Assembly (NCBI RefSeq): GCF_035084215.1 | Contig: NW_027138407.1 | Coordinates: forward strand, 1,302,001 to 1,366,000 | Length of the DNA stretch: 64,000 nucleotides | Origin: Heptranchias perlo | Taxonomy: Eukaryota | Direction of reading: 5' to 3' | Shown here: piece after piece, positions 39,346 through 52,487 of the stretch | How the letters are laid out: every line of letters begins with the position of its first letter | Position numbering within the stretch: the first letter of the stretch is position 1 | Made by a program: the position numbers and the translations under genes | Notes under the pieces: generated by a model | Database searches by the model: none | Seen by the model: only the letters and a program-made list of their open reading frames with translations | Told to the model about the DNA's origin: nothing

Positions 39346-39783
39346 TGCTCCATGGCACAGAGATATATGGCAGAGTCAGAGATAAGAGCCCCGGTGATAT
39401 TTAAAGGAACCGTTTTCTTGGCTTTGTCCCAATTGGCAGAGAACCGGTCTGCGAAATCTGAAGATTTATCTCCCTGCTCCGCGTTATATCTCTTCAGTAA
39501 ATATCTCGGAGCATCCCCGGGATACTGGATGTACCAGAAGAGAGTTCGGACATTGTCTGTTGTCGAGTAACTGCAGTTCAGTATTGCAGTCTCTCCTTCC
39601 TGAACCATTAATTCAGGCGGACTCTGGAACACTGAGTCTTTGCCACTCGTTCCTGTAACAAAATACAGAATGTGTCAAAAGTCTGGGAGTAAACATAATC
39701 CATGAAACACACACTGACCATTTGCACATAGACTCACCGGGCAGCACGATCACTATTATCACTAAGAAACATGCGGAGCACAT
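39346..39783 (-). CDS. TRAV: Family-A V segment A10
   Basis: Leader 39783-39738; V exon 39652-39346; RSS CACACTG, 23 bp, ACAAAAACC. Confidence 0.9.
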
Positions 39784-40980
39784 GGTGTGTGGTTTAGAGT
39801 TCGACAGAAAATAGCGGAATGTTTTCAATATGTTGACCCTTCTTGTCTGATATTAAAGAGTAAACTCAGATCAGGGGCAGGATTCACTTATTGGAAAACT
39901 AAGGGGCGTTTCCCAGGGACCGGATTGGCTGGTCTCTCATAATTGATACCATCTGTGCACCAATCACAGCTAGTTGTGGACTAATTAACTGATGGCTTTC
40001 TCCTTTCACTTTCCTTCCCTGTCTGTTTCTGTCTGCCTGTCTCATTTTATTTCTCTGTGCCTCTCTGTCAATCTTCCTGTCTCCCCCTGACTTTTTCTCC
40101 CTTTCTTTCTGCTTACCTCTGTGTCTCTATCCCCATACACCACTCTGTCTCTGTCTCTGTCTTTATCCGCCTGTCTCTCTGTCTGTCGGTGACATTCAAT
40201 TTATCTGTCTTTCTCCCTCTGTCATTCTCTTCATCTCCGCCTATGCCTCTCTCTGCCTCAATCTCTTCCTCGCTTTATCTCCCTCGCTACCATTCGCACT
40301 CTCTCTCTGTGTCTCTCTCTGCATCTTTCTCTCGCTTAATCTTTCTCTCTCTCATTCTCTCTTTCATTAAGGTGACAAGTGAAAAATATCTGAATCAGTC
40401 TCGATCCCCGTTATCACTGAATTCTCTCCATTACCAATGAGCTCCATTAATAGTCACAGTCTTAAGGTCACGAGGGACACGACAAGTTGACAGACCTTTT
40501 CAAAGCTGCCGGCGGTACCACTTAGATTTCAACTTGTACCAGTAAAGCGCTGATTTCAGTCAGCCACTATTCCTAACCCTTCTGATCCCAGGAGCTTTGA
40601 AGACTGAAGCCCCTGAGGCCGCCCTTTGAGAAGAGACAGCTTCTGAACGATGTGACCCGACGGACCTGCACCAGATACAGGAATTTTACTTGTACATATT
40701 GTTCCTGTCATCCATCCCAGAGATCTGCAAGTCGGTGCTAACAGGGGACTGGAAATGTCTGAATTTGACCCTGGATTAAGTATTTGAGAAATGTCACATT
40801 TCCCATTCCTGACAGCACTGACCTTAACTGGAGAAAACCGCTCGGAACAGGTTGTATTTTCGCATTCATCTCCTGTACAAATCCTCTGGGATTCAATCCG
40901 TGTTATTTTGCTCGAACCCACCATTGACGCCGACCTGTGCCCTGTTTTTGAATGAGTCCCGAGGGCCCTTATTCACTGTG

Positions 40981-41464
40981 GGCCTCATTGCACAGTAATA
41001 CACGGCGCTGTCTGTGATCTTCAAGCGTTTCATGGATAAGTGAAAAGTGCCCTGTGTCCGGTTGAGATTCGCTCTGAAGTGTTGAAAACCTGAAGCCGTG
41101 TCGTTATACCCATAACTATCGGCTCTGAGCATATACTGAGGGACTCGATGGGGACACTGGCGGTACCAGAACAGGTCATAGCTTGTAGCTGAATCCGATA
41201 CAGAGTAACTGCAGGTTATTGCTGAATCTGCATCCTCTTCTGATCCGACTCCTTGTTCTGACTGGGTCACCGAGTCTCCGTTACTCATCTCTGAAAATAA
41301 ACAGTGGAGACAAGGCGGGTTATCCGGAGGGACAGACAGTGAATAATCCCCTGGAGAAGGAGATAGGACATTTTATGAGAACTGGAGAATATTGTAGGAA
41401 GATTCCAATATCACCGACCTGTGATCAGGACAATAACCAGAGTCAGGCAAAGTTTCATCTCCAT
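40981..41464 (-). CDS. TRAV: Family-B V segment B7, open reading frame
   Basis: Leader 41464-41419; V exon 41290-40981; RSS CACAGTG, 22 bp, TCAAAAACA. Confidence 0.82.
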
Positions 41465-42344
41465 GGAACCAGTCTGAACTCCAGAAACAAGATAGTGAGT
41501 GATCACTGCCTTTACCGGGACTGGCATGGGAGAAACTAATACAGAGTGGGGATTTCATCAGATATTCTGGGATGTCTTCTCCCCGCCCATTTGTATTTTT
41601 CTGACTAGTCACTTCCTGTAAAAAGGATCATGATCTTTAACAAGTGATCAGAGAGCGCCCTCCTGTGAATAGCACAAGCCTCACATAGAACATTGGAAAT
41701 ACTCACAGATACAGAGAAACACGAACACAAACGCACATAACACGAACACACAGATCAACATATACACAAACACAGATAAATATACACACAAACACACATA
41801 ACGCAAACACAAATGCACAAACAGGCACATTTACAAGCAAACACACACCTACAAACAAACACGCAAACATAGATAAACAACACATGAATGCAAATTAACA
41901 CACACAGAGATAAACACGCAGATGCACAAACACATACATACACCACACACAAACACAGATAAACACACACACAGGCACAGAGAAACACAAACAGACACAG
42001 ACAGGTAAACACCTTCAGACACACACACCACACCGTCTAGTCACTAGGATCAGCGTCAAGCTTCACCCACTCGGTGCCTCCCTCAGACCGGAGTCAGAAG
42101 TTACACATTTGAGCCCAAATTTTTCAGGACTCGGAGACTGCAGTGAGCCTGGTGGGAGACGAGGAGCACTCAAAACAGCAGATGCGCCCCCTGTGGACAT
42201 TGACCGAAGTGCATCGAAACCATTTTCCACTGAGCAAAAAGCGATGTGAGCTACGTGTACAGTATATCAATGGGACTCCAGCTTATACTTCTGAATGAAT
42301 GAGAAATGGCTGCAGCAACATGCAGTAATAATACTGCAATAAAC

Positions 42345-42920
42345 AACAATTACAACAACTTGCATTTATAATGCGCCTTTAATGTAGTAAAATGTCCCAA
42401 GTCCCTTCACATGCGCGTTCTCGAACACAAGTTCACACAGCAACACAAGGAGACATTCGGACAGGTGTCCAAAAGTTTCGCCAAAGAGGTAGGTTTAAGG
42501 GAGCGTCTTAAAGCAGGAGAGAGAGGTCGAAAGTTGTAAAGGTTTAGGGAGGCAATTCCAGACTTTTGGGCCTGGACGGGCGAAAGCACGGCCGCCAATG
42601 GTAGAGCGATTACAATCAGGGATGCGCAAGAGGCAAGAATTGGAGGAGCGCAGAGATTTCAGGAGGTTACAGAGATAGGGAGGGGGCGAGGTGGAGGGAT
42701 TTGAAAACAACGATGAGAATTATAAAATCGAGGCATTCCCGGACCGGGAGCCAAGGTTGGTCAACAACAGGGTGGATGGGAGAATGGGACTTAGTGCGAG
42801 TTACGATACTGGCAGCATAGTTTTTGATGTGCTCAAGATTATGGAGGGTGGAATTTGGGAAGCCGAACAGGAGAAAATTGAAATAGTCGAGTCTTGAGGG
42901 AACAAAGGCATGGACGAGGG
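42345..42920 (-). mobile_element. L2-like LINE 3' fragment
   Basis: LRSSNS..IGGRAF..VWNCLP motif; paralog at 50730-51330. Confidence 0.7.
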
Positions 42921-43059
42921 GAGCGACAGAAAATCATGTAATTTAAGCAATTTACTCTGCCAAATTTTCGTCCTCTCGCACGGTGGGTGAGTTACTGGCC
43001 TTGGAAAAATTCCAGACGAGTTACGAGAATGATTCCTAGCTCAGTTACTCTGGTAAGCT

Positions 43060-43400
43060 CAAGAACCTTGCTCTATTTATCTGGAGCAGTGTAGATTTAG
43101 AGGCGACCTCATCGAGGTCTATAAAAGGGTTGAATCGCGTCGTGACTGATCGATTATTCCAGTTGAACAGATTGGGGAGGGCCAGAGGACATGAGTTTAA
43201 TGTAGGTAAGAGTAAGTACCGACAGGGATGTGAGGTGGTTCTCCTTTTCCCAGAGAGCAGTGAAACCTTGGAATGCTTTGCCTCCTGGTGTGGTGGGTGC
43301 TGACTCTCCGTATGTCTTCAAGAGGGAGCTGGAGTAGTTTTTGACTGGGCAAGAGATGGCATCTTACAGAAGGTAAGTGGCTTTATCGATAATACCTGGT
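43060..43400 (+). mobile_element. CR1 LINE 3' fragment
   Basis: RGDLIEVYK..RGHEF..WNALP; longer paralog at 51460. Confidence 0.75.
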
Positions 43401-43527
43401 GTATTATCTATCTATGTATCTATCTATCTGTCTTCTAATCAGTTCTCGAGCACGTCAATTCCGTGAGAGGAGGTGAGAGACCTTTGCTGGTTTTTGTACT
43501 GTCTGACTGCGCCCCTGCAACAGTGTG

Positions 43528-43959
43528 GGCTCCATGGCACAGAGATAAACGGCAGAGTCAGAGACAAGAGTGCTGGTGATATTTAAAGGAACCGTTTTCT
43601 TGGCTTTGTCCAAATTAGCAGAGAACCGGTCTGTCAAATCTGGAGCATTAGCTCCTTGCTCCGCGCTATATCTCTTCAGTAAATATCTCGGAGCTTCCAC
43701 GGGATACTGGATGTACCAGAAAAGAGTTAAACCAGCTGTCGAATAACTACAGTTCAGTATTACGGACTGTCCTTCCTCAACCGTTAATTCAGGCGGACTC
43801 TGGGACACTGAACCTTCGCCATTCGTTCCTGCAACAAAATACACAATGCGTCAAAAGTTTGGGAGGAAATATAATCCATGAAACACATACTGACCATTGA
43901 AACATGGACTCACCGGGCAGCACGATCATTATTATCAAAAAGGAACATAGGAAGCACAT
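43528..43959 (-). CDS. TRAV: Family-A V segment A11, close paralog of A7
   Basis: Leader 43959-43914; V exon 43828-43528; RSS CACACTG, 23 bp, ACAAAAACC. Confidence 0.9.
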
Positions 43960-44125
43960 GGCGCCTGGTTTATAGTTCGACACAAAATAACGGAATGTTT
44001 TCAATATGCTGACACTTCTGGTCTGATATTAAAGAGAAAACTCAGATCAGGGGCAGGATTATTGGAAATCTGAGGGGCGTTTCCTCGGGCTGTGATTGAC
44101 AGATCGCTCAGGGCTGACGGCAACT

Positions 44126-45316
44126 TTACTTTTATTCGTTCACGGGATGTGGGCGTCGCTGGCAAGGCTGGCATTTATTGCCCATCCCGAATTGCCCTTG
44201 AGAAGGTTTTGGTGAGACGCCTTCTTGAACCGCTGCAATCCGTGTGGTGAAGGTTCTCTCACAGTGCTGTTAGGAAGGGAGTTCCAGGATTTTGACCCAG
44301 CAACGATGAAGGAACCGCGATATATTTCCAAGTCGGGATGGTGTGTGATTTGGAGGGGAACGTGCAGGTGGTGTTGTTCCCATGTGCCTTGTGCCCTTTT
44401 CCGTCTCGGTGGTAGAGGTCGCGGGTTTGGGAGGTGATGTCGAAGAAGCCTTGGCGAGTTGCTGCAGTGCACCCTTTGGATGGTGCACATTGCAGCCAAA
44501 GTGCGCCGGTGGTGAAGGGAGCCATTGTTTAGAGTGGTGGATGGGTTGCCAATCAAGCGGGTTGCTTTGTCCTGTATGGTGTCAAGCTTCATGAGTGTTG
44601 TTGAAGCTGCACTCATCCAGGCAAGTGGAGAGTATTCCATCACACTCCTGACTTGTGCCTTGTAGATGGTGGAAAGGCTTTGGGGAGTCAGAAGGTGAGT
44701 CACTCGCCGCAGAATACCCATCGTCTCACCTGCTCTTGTCGCCACAGTATTTATATGGCTGGTTCAGTTAAGTTTCTGGTCAATGGTGAGCCCCAGGATG
44801 TTGATGGTTGGGGATTCGGCGACGTTAATGCCGTTGAATGTCAAGGGGAGGTGGTTAGACTCTCTCATGTTGGAGATAATCTTTGCCTGGCACTTGACTG
44901 ACGCAAAAGTTATTTGCCACTTATCAGCCCAAGCCTGGATATTGTCCACGTCTTGCTGCATGCGGGCACGGACTGCTTCATTATCCGATGGGTTGCGAAT
45001 GGAACTGAACATTATGCAATCATCAGCCAACATCCCCATTTCTGACGTTAGGATGGAGGGAAGGTCATTGATGAAGCAGCTGAAGATTGTTGGGCCGAGG
45101 GCACTGCCCTGCGGAACTCCTGCAGCAATGCCTGGGACTGAGATGATTGGCCTCCGACAACCATTACCATCTTCCTTTGTGCTAGGTATGACACCGGCAA
45201 CTGGAGAGTTTGCCCCCTGATTCGCATTGACTTCAATCTTAATAGGGCTCCTTGGTATCTCACTGGGTAAAATGCTGCCTTGATATCAACAGCAGTCGCT
45301 CTGACCTCACCTCTAA
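44126..45316 (-). mobile_element. CR1-clade LINE in the A11 promoter, duplicate of 30248-31439
   Basis: Same insertion site and same 5' truncation point. Confidence 0.9.
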
Positions 45317-46409
45317 AACTGCGTCAATCACTGTGCACCAATTAGCCGACGGTTCTCTTCAAATGCTTTACTTCCCTGTCTGTGTGTCATTCTCTGCCTT
45401 ACTCTCTTTCTCTCCGTAACTCTGTCAGTATTTCTCTCTCTCTCTCGTTTTGTCACATTTTCTGTCCGTTTCACTCAGTGTTTCTATCTCTGCCCCTCCT
45501 TTCTCCTTCTCTCTTGTCCCTTGCTTTGGTTCTCTCGCTCTTTCCATCTCGTTGTCTCTATCTTTCCTTCTCGCTCTCACTCACATTAAGGTGTAAAGTG
45601 AAACAATTCTAAATTGGTCTGAATCCCTCATTTCACTCAGTTCGGTGCATAATCCATGTGCTCCATTAATAGTTCCAGAATTATGGCCATGAGGGACAGA
45701 TGCAACAAATTCAGGCATTTCTGCTCCCTGTTAGCACAGACCTGCAGATCTCTGGCCTACATAACACGATTCATCTGTACAATCGAAAGTCCTGAATCTG
45801 GTGCCTTTCCATCAGGTCACATCTTTCAAAAGCTGTCTCATCTCAAATGGCGGCCGGGGGGCGTCACAAATAAAAGTCCTGAGGTTAAAAATAGTGATTG
45901 ACTGAAATCTGCAGTTTACTTTTACAAGTTCAACATCAGTAGTACCGCCGACAGCTTTGAAGTGGAATGTGTACTCATCATGTCCCTCATGGCTTTAAGG
46001 CTGTAAGTATTAACGGGGCTCATTGACTGGAGGGAGCCCTGTGATTCCAGTGATTAAGGCAAAATTGGCTATTTTAAAACTTTTCACCTCAATGGCAGAT
46101 AGAGAGAGAAAGAGTGATAAAAAAAGGAAAGATACAGAGACAGAGGGAGAAAGAAAGCGAAACAGAGAGGCAAACTTGATTGTCTGAATTCGACCCTCGA
46201 TTACAACGGTAGAGAAATGTTAAATTTCCCAACACTGACAGCACTGACATTAACTGGAGAAAAATGCTCAGCTCAGTCTCTATTTTCCCATTCATTTTCT
46301 TTACAAACTCTCGAGAATTCAATTCTTGGTATTTTCTGGAGTTGCAGTCCTTTCGACCATTGACCTCTGCCCTATTTGTCGGATGACCGAGGGACCATTA
46401 TTTACTCTG

Positions 46410-46892
46410 GGTCTCAGGACACAGTAATACACTGCGTTGTCTGTGATCTTAGAGCCTTTCATGGATCAGTAAAAAGTTCCTTGTGTCCAGTTGAGATTCC
46501 CGCTGAAATGATCAAAGCCCGGAGCCGCCTCGTTATTCCCATAACTATCGCCTCTGAACAGATACTGAGGGGCTCGATGAGGATACTGGCGGTACCAGAA
46601 CAGGTAATAGATTGTAGCTGAACCCGATACAGAGGAACTACAGGTCATTGCTGAATCTGCATCCTCTTCTGATCCGATTCTTTATTCAGATTGGGACACC
46701 GAAACTCCGTTGCTCATCTCTACAAATAAATAGCGGATACACAGCGGGTTAGTCGGATTAACAGGAAGAGAATAATCACCCAGAGATAATAGGGCAAAAT
46801 GTATCAGGATTGGGAAATATTGTCGGAAGGTTCCAATATCACCAACCTGTGAACAAAACAATAACCAGAGTCAGGCAGAGTTTCACCTCCAT
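46410..46892 (-). pseudogene. TRAV: Family-B V pseudogene B8
   Basis: V exon 46719-46410; FR1 TAA plus FR3 TGA; heptamer CAGAGTA. Confidence 0.87.
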
Positions 46893-47798
46893 AATTCCAG
46901 CCTGAACGCCAGAAACAAGAGTCTGCCTTTACAGGGCCTGGGATGGCAGACGCTAAAACAGCAAAACGATCTCATCAGATGTTCTGGGATTACTTTTTCT
47001 GCCCATCTGTGTCACTCTGAATAATCGTTTCCTGCAGATTGTGATCAGAGCGCGCCCTCCCGTGGACAGCACAATCCTCACACAGTTCATTGGAAATACA
47101 AATACAGCAGATGTACTCGTAAACATACACAGAGACACAGAGAGATTAACAAACACAAATACAGAGACACACATATGCATACAAGCTAACATGTACACAT
47201 GTACACATAATAGTTCATATCTGTGGAGATAATTAATGTACCTTCAGCTGAAAGTCGTTCAATATAACTGATCATTAACAAGCGATCAGACCACGCCCTC
47301 CTTTGTATATTATAATCATCATATACAGCATTCGACACACAGACACAATCTCAGGCAGACAGACACGAACAGCTTGGTTCTGCCCCTCACGTCGAGAAAA
47401 GGCAAAGACCAGCCATTGCATGACTCACGAAGAGTTTTGATAGTGTATATAAGGAGAAACTGATCCAGCGGCAGAAGGTTGAGTCACCAGATGACACAGA
47501 TTTAAGGTGATTTGCAAAATTGCCAGAGGCCAGCCATTTGTTATGATCTGGAAGGCAGTGACTAATTGGATAGCACTTATAAAGAGTCGGCACAGGCACG
47601 ATGAGCCGAATGGCCTCCTCATGTGCTGTGCCTATTGTGATACCAAGATACTATGATACTATGTCTGTCGGTGCTCTATATATCTATCTATCTTTATTTC
47701 TATCTACATATCAGTCCACTAGCGCACCAATTCAGTCAGAGCAGGTGAGAGACGTTGTTGGTTTTTGTACAGTATAACTGCGCCACTGTAACAGTGTG

Positions 47799-48236
47799 GG
47801 CTCCATGGCACAGATGTACACAGCAGAGTCAGAGATAAGAGCCCCGGTAATATTTAAATGAACCGTTTTTTTGGCTTTGTCCAAATTAGCAGAGAACCGG
47901 TCTGCGAAATCAGAAGACTTATCTCCCTCCTCCGCACGATATCTCCTCAGCAAATATCTCGGAGCATCCCCGGGACACTGGATGTACCAGAAGAGAGTTG
48001 GAGCACTGACTGTGGTCGAGTAACTACAGTTCAGTATTACGGTCTGTCCTTGCTGAACCGTTAATTCAGGCGGATCCTGGAACACGGAGTCTTTGCCACT
48101 CGTTCCTGTAACAAAATACAGAATGTGTCAAAAGTCTGGGAGTAAATATAATCCATGAAACACACACTGACCATTTGAACATAGACTCACCGGGCAGCAC
48201 GATCATTATTATCAGTAAGGAACATGGGGAGCACAT
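47799..48236 (-). CDS. TRAV: Family-A V segment A12
   Basis: Leader 48236-48191; V exon 48105-47799; RSS CACACTG, 23 bp, ACAAAAACC. Confidence 0.9.
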
Positions 48237-49431
48237 GGTGTGTGGTTTAGAATTCGACAGAAAATAGCGGAATGTTTTAAATACGTTGACCCTTCTACTC
48301 TGATATGAAAGAGTTAACTCAGATCAGGGGCACGATACACTTATTGGAAAACTAAGGGGCGTTTACCAGGGACCGGATTTGCTGGTCTCTCAGAACTGAT
48401 GCCATCTGTGCACCAATCACAGCTAGTTGTGGAAGAAATAACTGATGGGTCTCTCCGAACGCTTTCCTTCCCAGTCTGTGTCTGTCTGCCTGTCTCATTT
48501 TCGTTCTCTTTGTCTCTCTGTCAATCTTCCTGTCTCCCACTCTCTTTTTCTCCCTTTCTGTCTGCTTACCTCTGTGTCTCTATCCCCATACACCACTCTG
48601 TCTCTGTCTCTGTCTTTTTCCGCCTGTCTCTCTGTCTGTGGGTGATATTCTATTTCTCTGGCTTTCTCCGTCTGTCATTCTCTTTATCTCCGCCCATGCC
48701 TCTCTCTGCCTCAATCTCTTCCTCGATTTCTTTCCCTCGCTACCATTCGCACTCTCTCTCTCTGTCTCTCTCTGCATTTTTTCTCTCTCAATCTTTATCC
48801 ATGTCAATATCTCTCTCATTAAGGTGACAAGTGAAAAATATCTGAATCAGTCTCGATCCCCGGAGTCACGGAAATCTCTCCATAATCAATGAGCTCCATT
48901 AATAGTCACAGTCTTAAGGTCACGAGGGACACTACAAGTTGACAGACCTCTTCAAAGCTGCTGGTGTTACCACTGGATTTGAACTTGTACCAGTAAAGTG
49001 CTGATTTCAGTCAATCACTATTTCTAAACCTTCTGATTCCAGGAGCTTTGAAGAATGAAGCCTCTGAGGCCGCCCTTTGAGAAGAGACAGCTTCTGAACG
49101 ATGTGACCCGACGGACCTGCACCAGATACAGGACTTTTACTTGTACAGATTAATCCTGTTATCCATCCCAGAGATCTGCAAGTCGGTGCTAACAGCGGGC
49201 TGGAAATGTCTGAATTTGACCCTGAATTAAGTAGTTGAGAAATGTCACATTTCCCAACACTGACAGCATTGACCTTAACTGGATGAAACCGCTCGGAACA
49301 GGGTGTATTTTCGCATTCATCTCCTGTAAAATACTCTGGGATTCAATCCCTGGTATTTCGCCGGATCCCACCCTTGACTACGACCTGCGCACTGTTTTTG
49401 TAAGAGGCCCGAGGGACCCTTATTCACTGTG

Positions 49432-49915
49432 GGTCTCAGGGCACAGTAATACACGGCGCTGTCTGTGATCTTCAAGCGTTTCACGGATAAGTGAAAAGTG
49501 CCGTCTTTCCGGTTGAGATTCGCTCTGAAGTGTTGAAAGCCTGAAGCCGTGTCGTTATACCCATAACTATCGGCTCTGAGCACATACTGAGGGACTCGGT
49601 GGGGAGACTGGCGGTACCAGAATAGGCAATAGTTTGTAGCTGAACCCGATACAGAGTAACTGCAGGTTATTGCTGAATCTGCATCCTCTTCTGATTCAAC
49701 TCCTTGTTCTGACTGGGACACCGAGTCTCCGTTACACATCTCTATAAATAAACAGTGGAGACAAGGCGGGTTATACGGAGGGACAGACAGTGAATAATCC
49801 CCTGGAGAAGGAGATTGGACATTTTATGAGAACTGAAGAATATTGTAGGAAGTTTCCAATATCACCGACCTGTGATCAGGACAATAACCAGAGTCAGGCA
49901 AAGTTTCATGTCCAT
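49432..49915 (-). CDS. TRAV: Family-B V segment B9, open reading frame
   Basis: Leader 49915-49870; V exon 49741-49432; RSS CACAGTG, 23 bp, ACAAAAACA. Confidence 0.86.
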
Positions 49916-50729
49916 GGTATCAGGCTGAACTCCAGAAACAAGATACTGAGATATCACTGCCTTTACCGGGCCCGGCATGGGAGATACTAAAACAGAGTGG
50001 GGATTTCATCAGATGTTCTGGGATTTCTTCTCCCCGCCCATTTGTATTTTTCTGAATAGTCACTTCCTGTAAAAAGGATCATGATGTTTCACAAGTGATC
50101 AGAGAGCGCCCTCCTGTGAAGAGCACAAGCCTCACATAGAACATTGGAAATACTCACAGATACAGAGAGACACGAACACAAACACACATAATACGCACAC
50201 ACAGATCAACAAACACACACCTACACACACAGACAACACACACACGAATGTAGATAAACAGCACATGAACACAGATTAACACACACACAGATAAACACGC
50301 AGATGCACAAACACATTCATACACCACACACAAACACAGATAAACACACACACAGGCACAGAGAAACACAAACAGACACAAATAGTTCAACACCTTCAGA
50401 CCCACACACACCACACCATCTGGTCACGAGGTTAAGTGACAAACTTCACACGCTCGGTGCCTCTCTCAGCGCGGAGTCAGAGGTTTTGCATTTGAGTCCC
50501 ATTTTCCTGACTCGGAGACCGCAGTCAGCTTGGTGGGAGACGAGGTGAACTCAATCCAGCGGATGCGCCCCCTGTGGACATTAACCAAAGTGCATCAATA
50601 CCATTCTTCACTGAGCAATGAGCGAAGCGAGCAACTTGCACAGGATTTCACTCGGACTCCAGCTTACATTTCTGAATGAATGGGAAATGACTGCCGCAAC
50701 ATGCAGTACTAATGCTGCAATCAGCAACA

Positions 50730-51330
50730 ATATCAACAACTTGCATTTATATAGCGCCTTTAATGTAGTAAAACCTCCCAAGGCCCTTCACTTGAGCGTT
50801 CTCGAAAAGAAATTGACACTGAGCAACATAAGGAGTCATAAGGAAACCAAAAGTTTCTCCAAAGCGGTAGGTTTTAGGTAGTATCTTAAAGGAGGAGAGA
50901 GAGGTAGAGAGTTGGAGATGTTTAGGGAGGGAATTCCAGAGATTTGAGCCGAGACGGGTGAAGGCACGACCGCCAATGGTGGAGCGATCAAAATCAGGGA
51001 TGAGCAAGAGGCAAGAATTGGAGGAGCGCAGAGATTTCAGAAGGTTGTAGGTGTGGAGGAAGTTACAGAGATATGGAGGGGGCGGGCCCATAGAGGGATT
51101 TGAAAACAACGATGAGAATTATAAAATCGAGGCATTCCCGGACCGGGAGCCAATGTACGTCAGTGACTACAGGTTGATGGAAGAATGGGACTTGGTGCAA
51201 GTTAGGATACTGGCAGCATAGTTTTAGATGAGCTCAAGCTTATGGAGGGTGGAATTTGGGGGGCCAACCAGGAGAATATTGGAATAGTCAAATCCTGAGA
51301 TAACAACGGCATGAACGAGGGTATCGGCAG
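50730..51330 (-). mobile_element. L2-like LINE 3' fragment
   Basis: ORF 50747-51109 with IGGRAF..LWNSLP. Confidence 0.7.
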
Positions 51331-51459
51331 CAAATCCACCAATTTAAGCAATTTGCTCTGCCAAGTTAGCGTCCTCTCGCACGGTGGGTGATGTAGTGGC
51401 CTTGGAAAAATTCCAGATGATAGCTACGAGAATGATTCCGAGCTCAGTTACTCTGGTAA

Positions 51460-52050
51460 GCTCAAGGGCCTTGCTCTATTAATCTGGAGCAGCATAGATT
51501 TGGAGGTGACCTGATAGAGGTCTATAAAATAATTAAAGGGCTGGATCGCGACCCAACTGATAGATTATTCCAGTTTGGCAGATTGGGGAGGGCCAGGGGA
51601 CATGAGTTTAATATAGGTAAGAGTAGGTATTGACTGGGATATTAGGCGGTTCTCCTTTTCCCAGAGAGTAGTGAGGCTCTGGAATGCCCTGCCGGCTAGT
51701 GTGGTGGGTGCTGACTCTCCACATGTCTTCCAGAGGGAGCTGGGCTGGTTTTTGACTGGGACAGAGATGGCATCTTGCAGAAGGTAAGTGTCTTTATCGA
51801 TAATACTTGGTCCATGTGATCTGCTGGACTGGTTTCGATAGCTGAGGAGTTCGGAGAGGGATATTCCAGGGTATTTTTTCCCTAATTAGCCCAAGCTTTT
51901 TTCGCCAGATCTTTACCTCTGACATGAGATTACATGGCTGCGGGGGATGGGGTGGGCGGATAAGGGAGTGTTCAGTCCCGATGCTCCAGGCAGTGAAGGT
52001 GGAGCAGGCGTGATGGACCAGCCTTTTCCTACCATGGATTCCGTCTGTTC
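51460..52050 (+). mobile_element. CR1 LINE 3' end
   Basis: GDLIEVYKIIKG..RGHEF..FSQRVVRLWNALP plus 3' UTR. Confidence 0.8.
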
Positions 52051-52487
52051 GTATGTACCCTTCGAGAACTATGATCTGGGAACTGGGTGGCACAGGGCGT
52101 GATAGTCCATCCTGTCACTTACGCACCTGTGTTTAAATCGATCCCAGACAGGTGGATGAAATAAACTTATTTCTGCCGACTGTAAGGGTGGTGCTTGAAT
52201 GAGACGAGGCCATTTCACTCCAATTCCTCGTGTGACCAAAGAATCGTCCCTTATTTGGCATGAGCAAATGCCATGCGACCGAAACTCTAGGGTTAGGTCC
52301 AACCAGAGTTGGCAACTCTTAACCTAACAGATACAGTAGCCCAGTGGCTATGGTATTGGAATCGCAATCCGTGAAATTGAATTCAATAAATCTGGTGAGT
52401 TGGGGGCCACTGCCATTAAAAAAATAAGCAGGAGGAGCTGCCGAGTTGTTGTAAAAACGCAACTCGTTCAGTAACAGACCTCAGATG

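Noticed and set aside
9359-49915. A/B pairs as NAR-TCR-style double-V cassettes
   Set aside because: Both families have their own leader and 23-RSS, and I found no D or J between them; the NAR-TCR supporting V is leaderless
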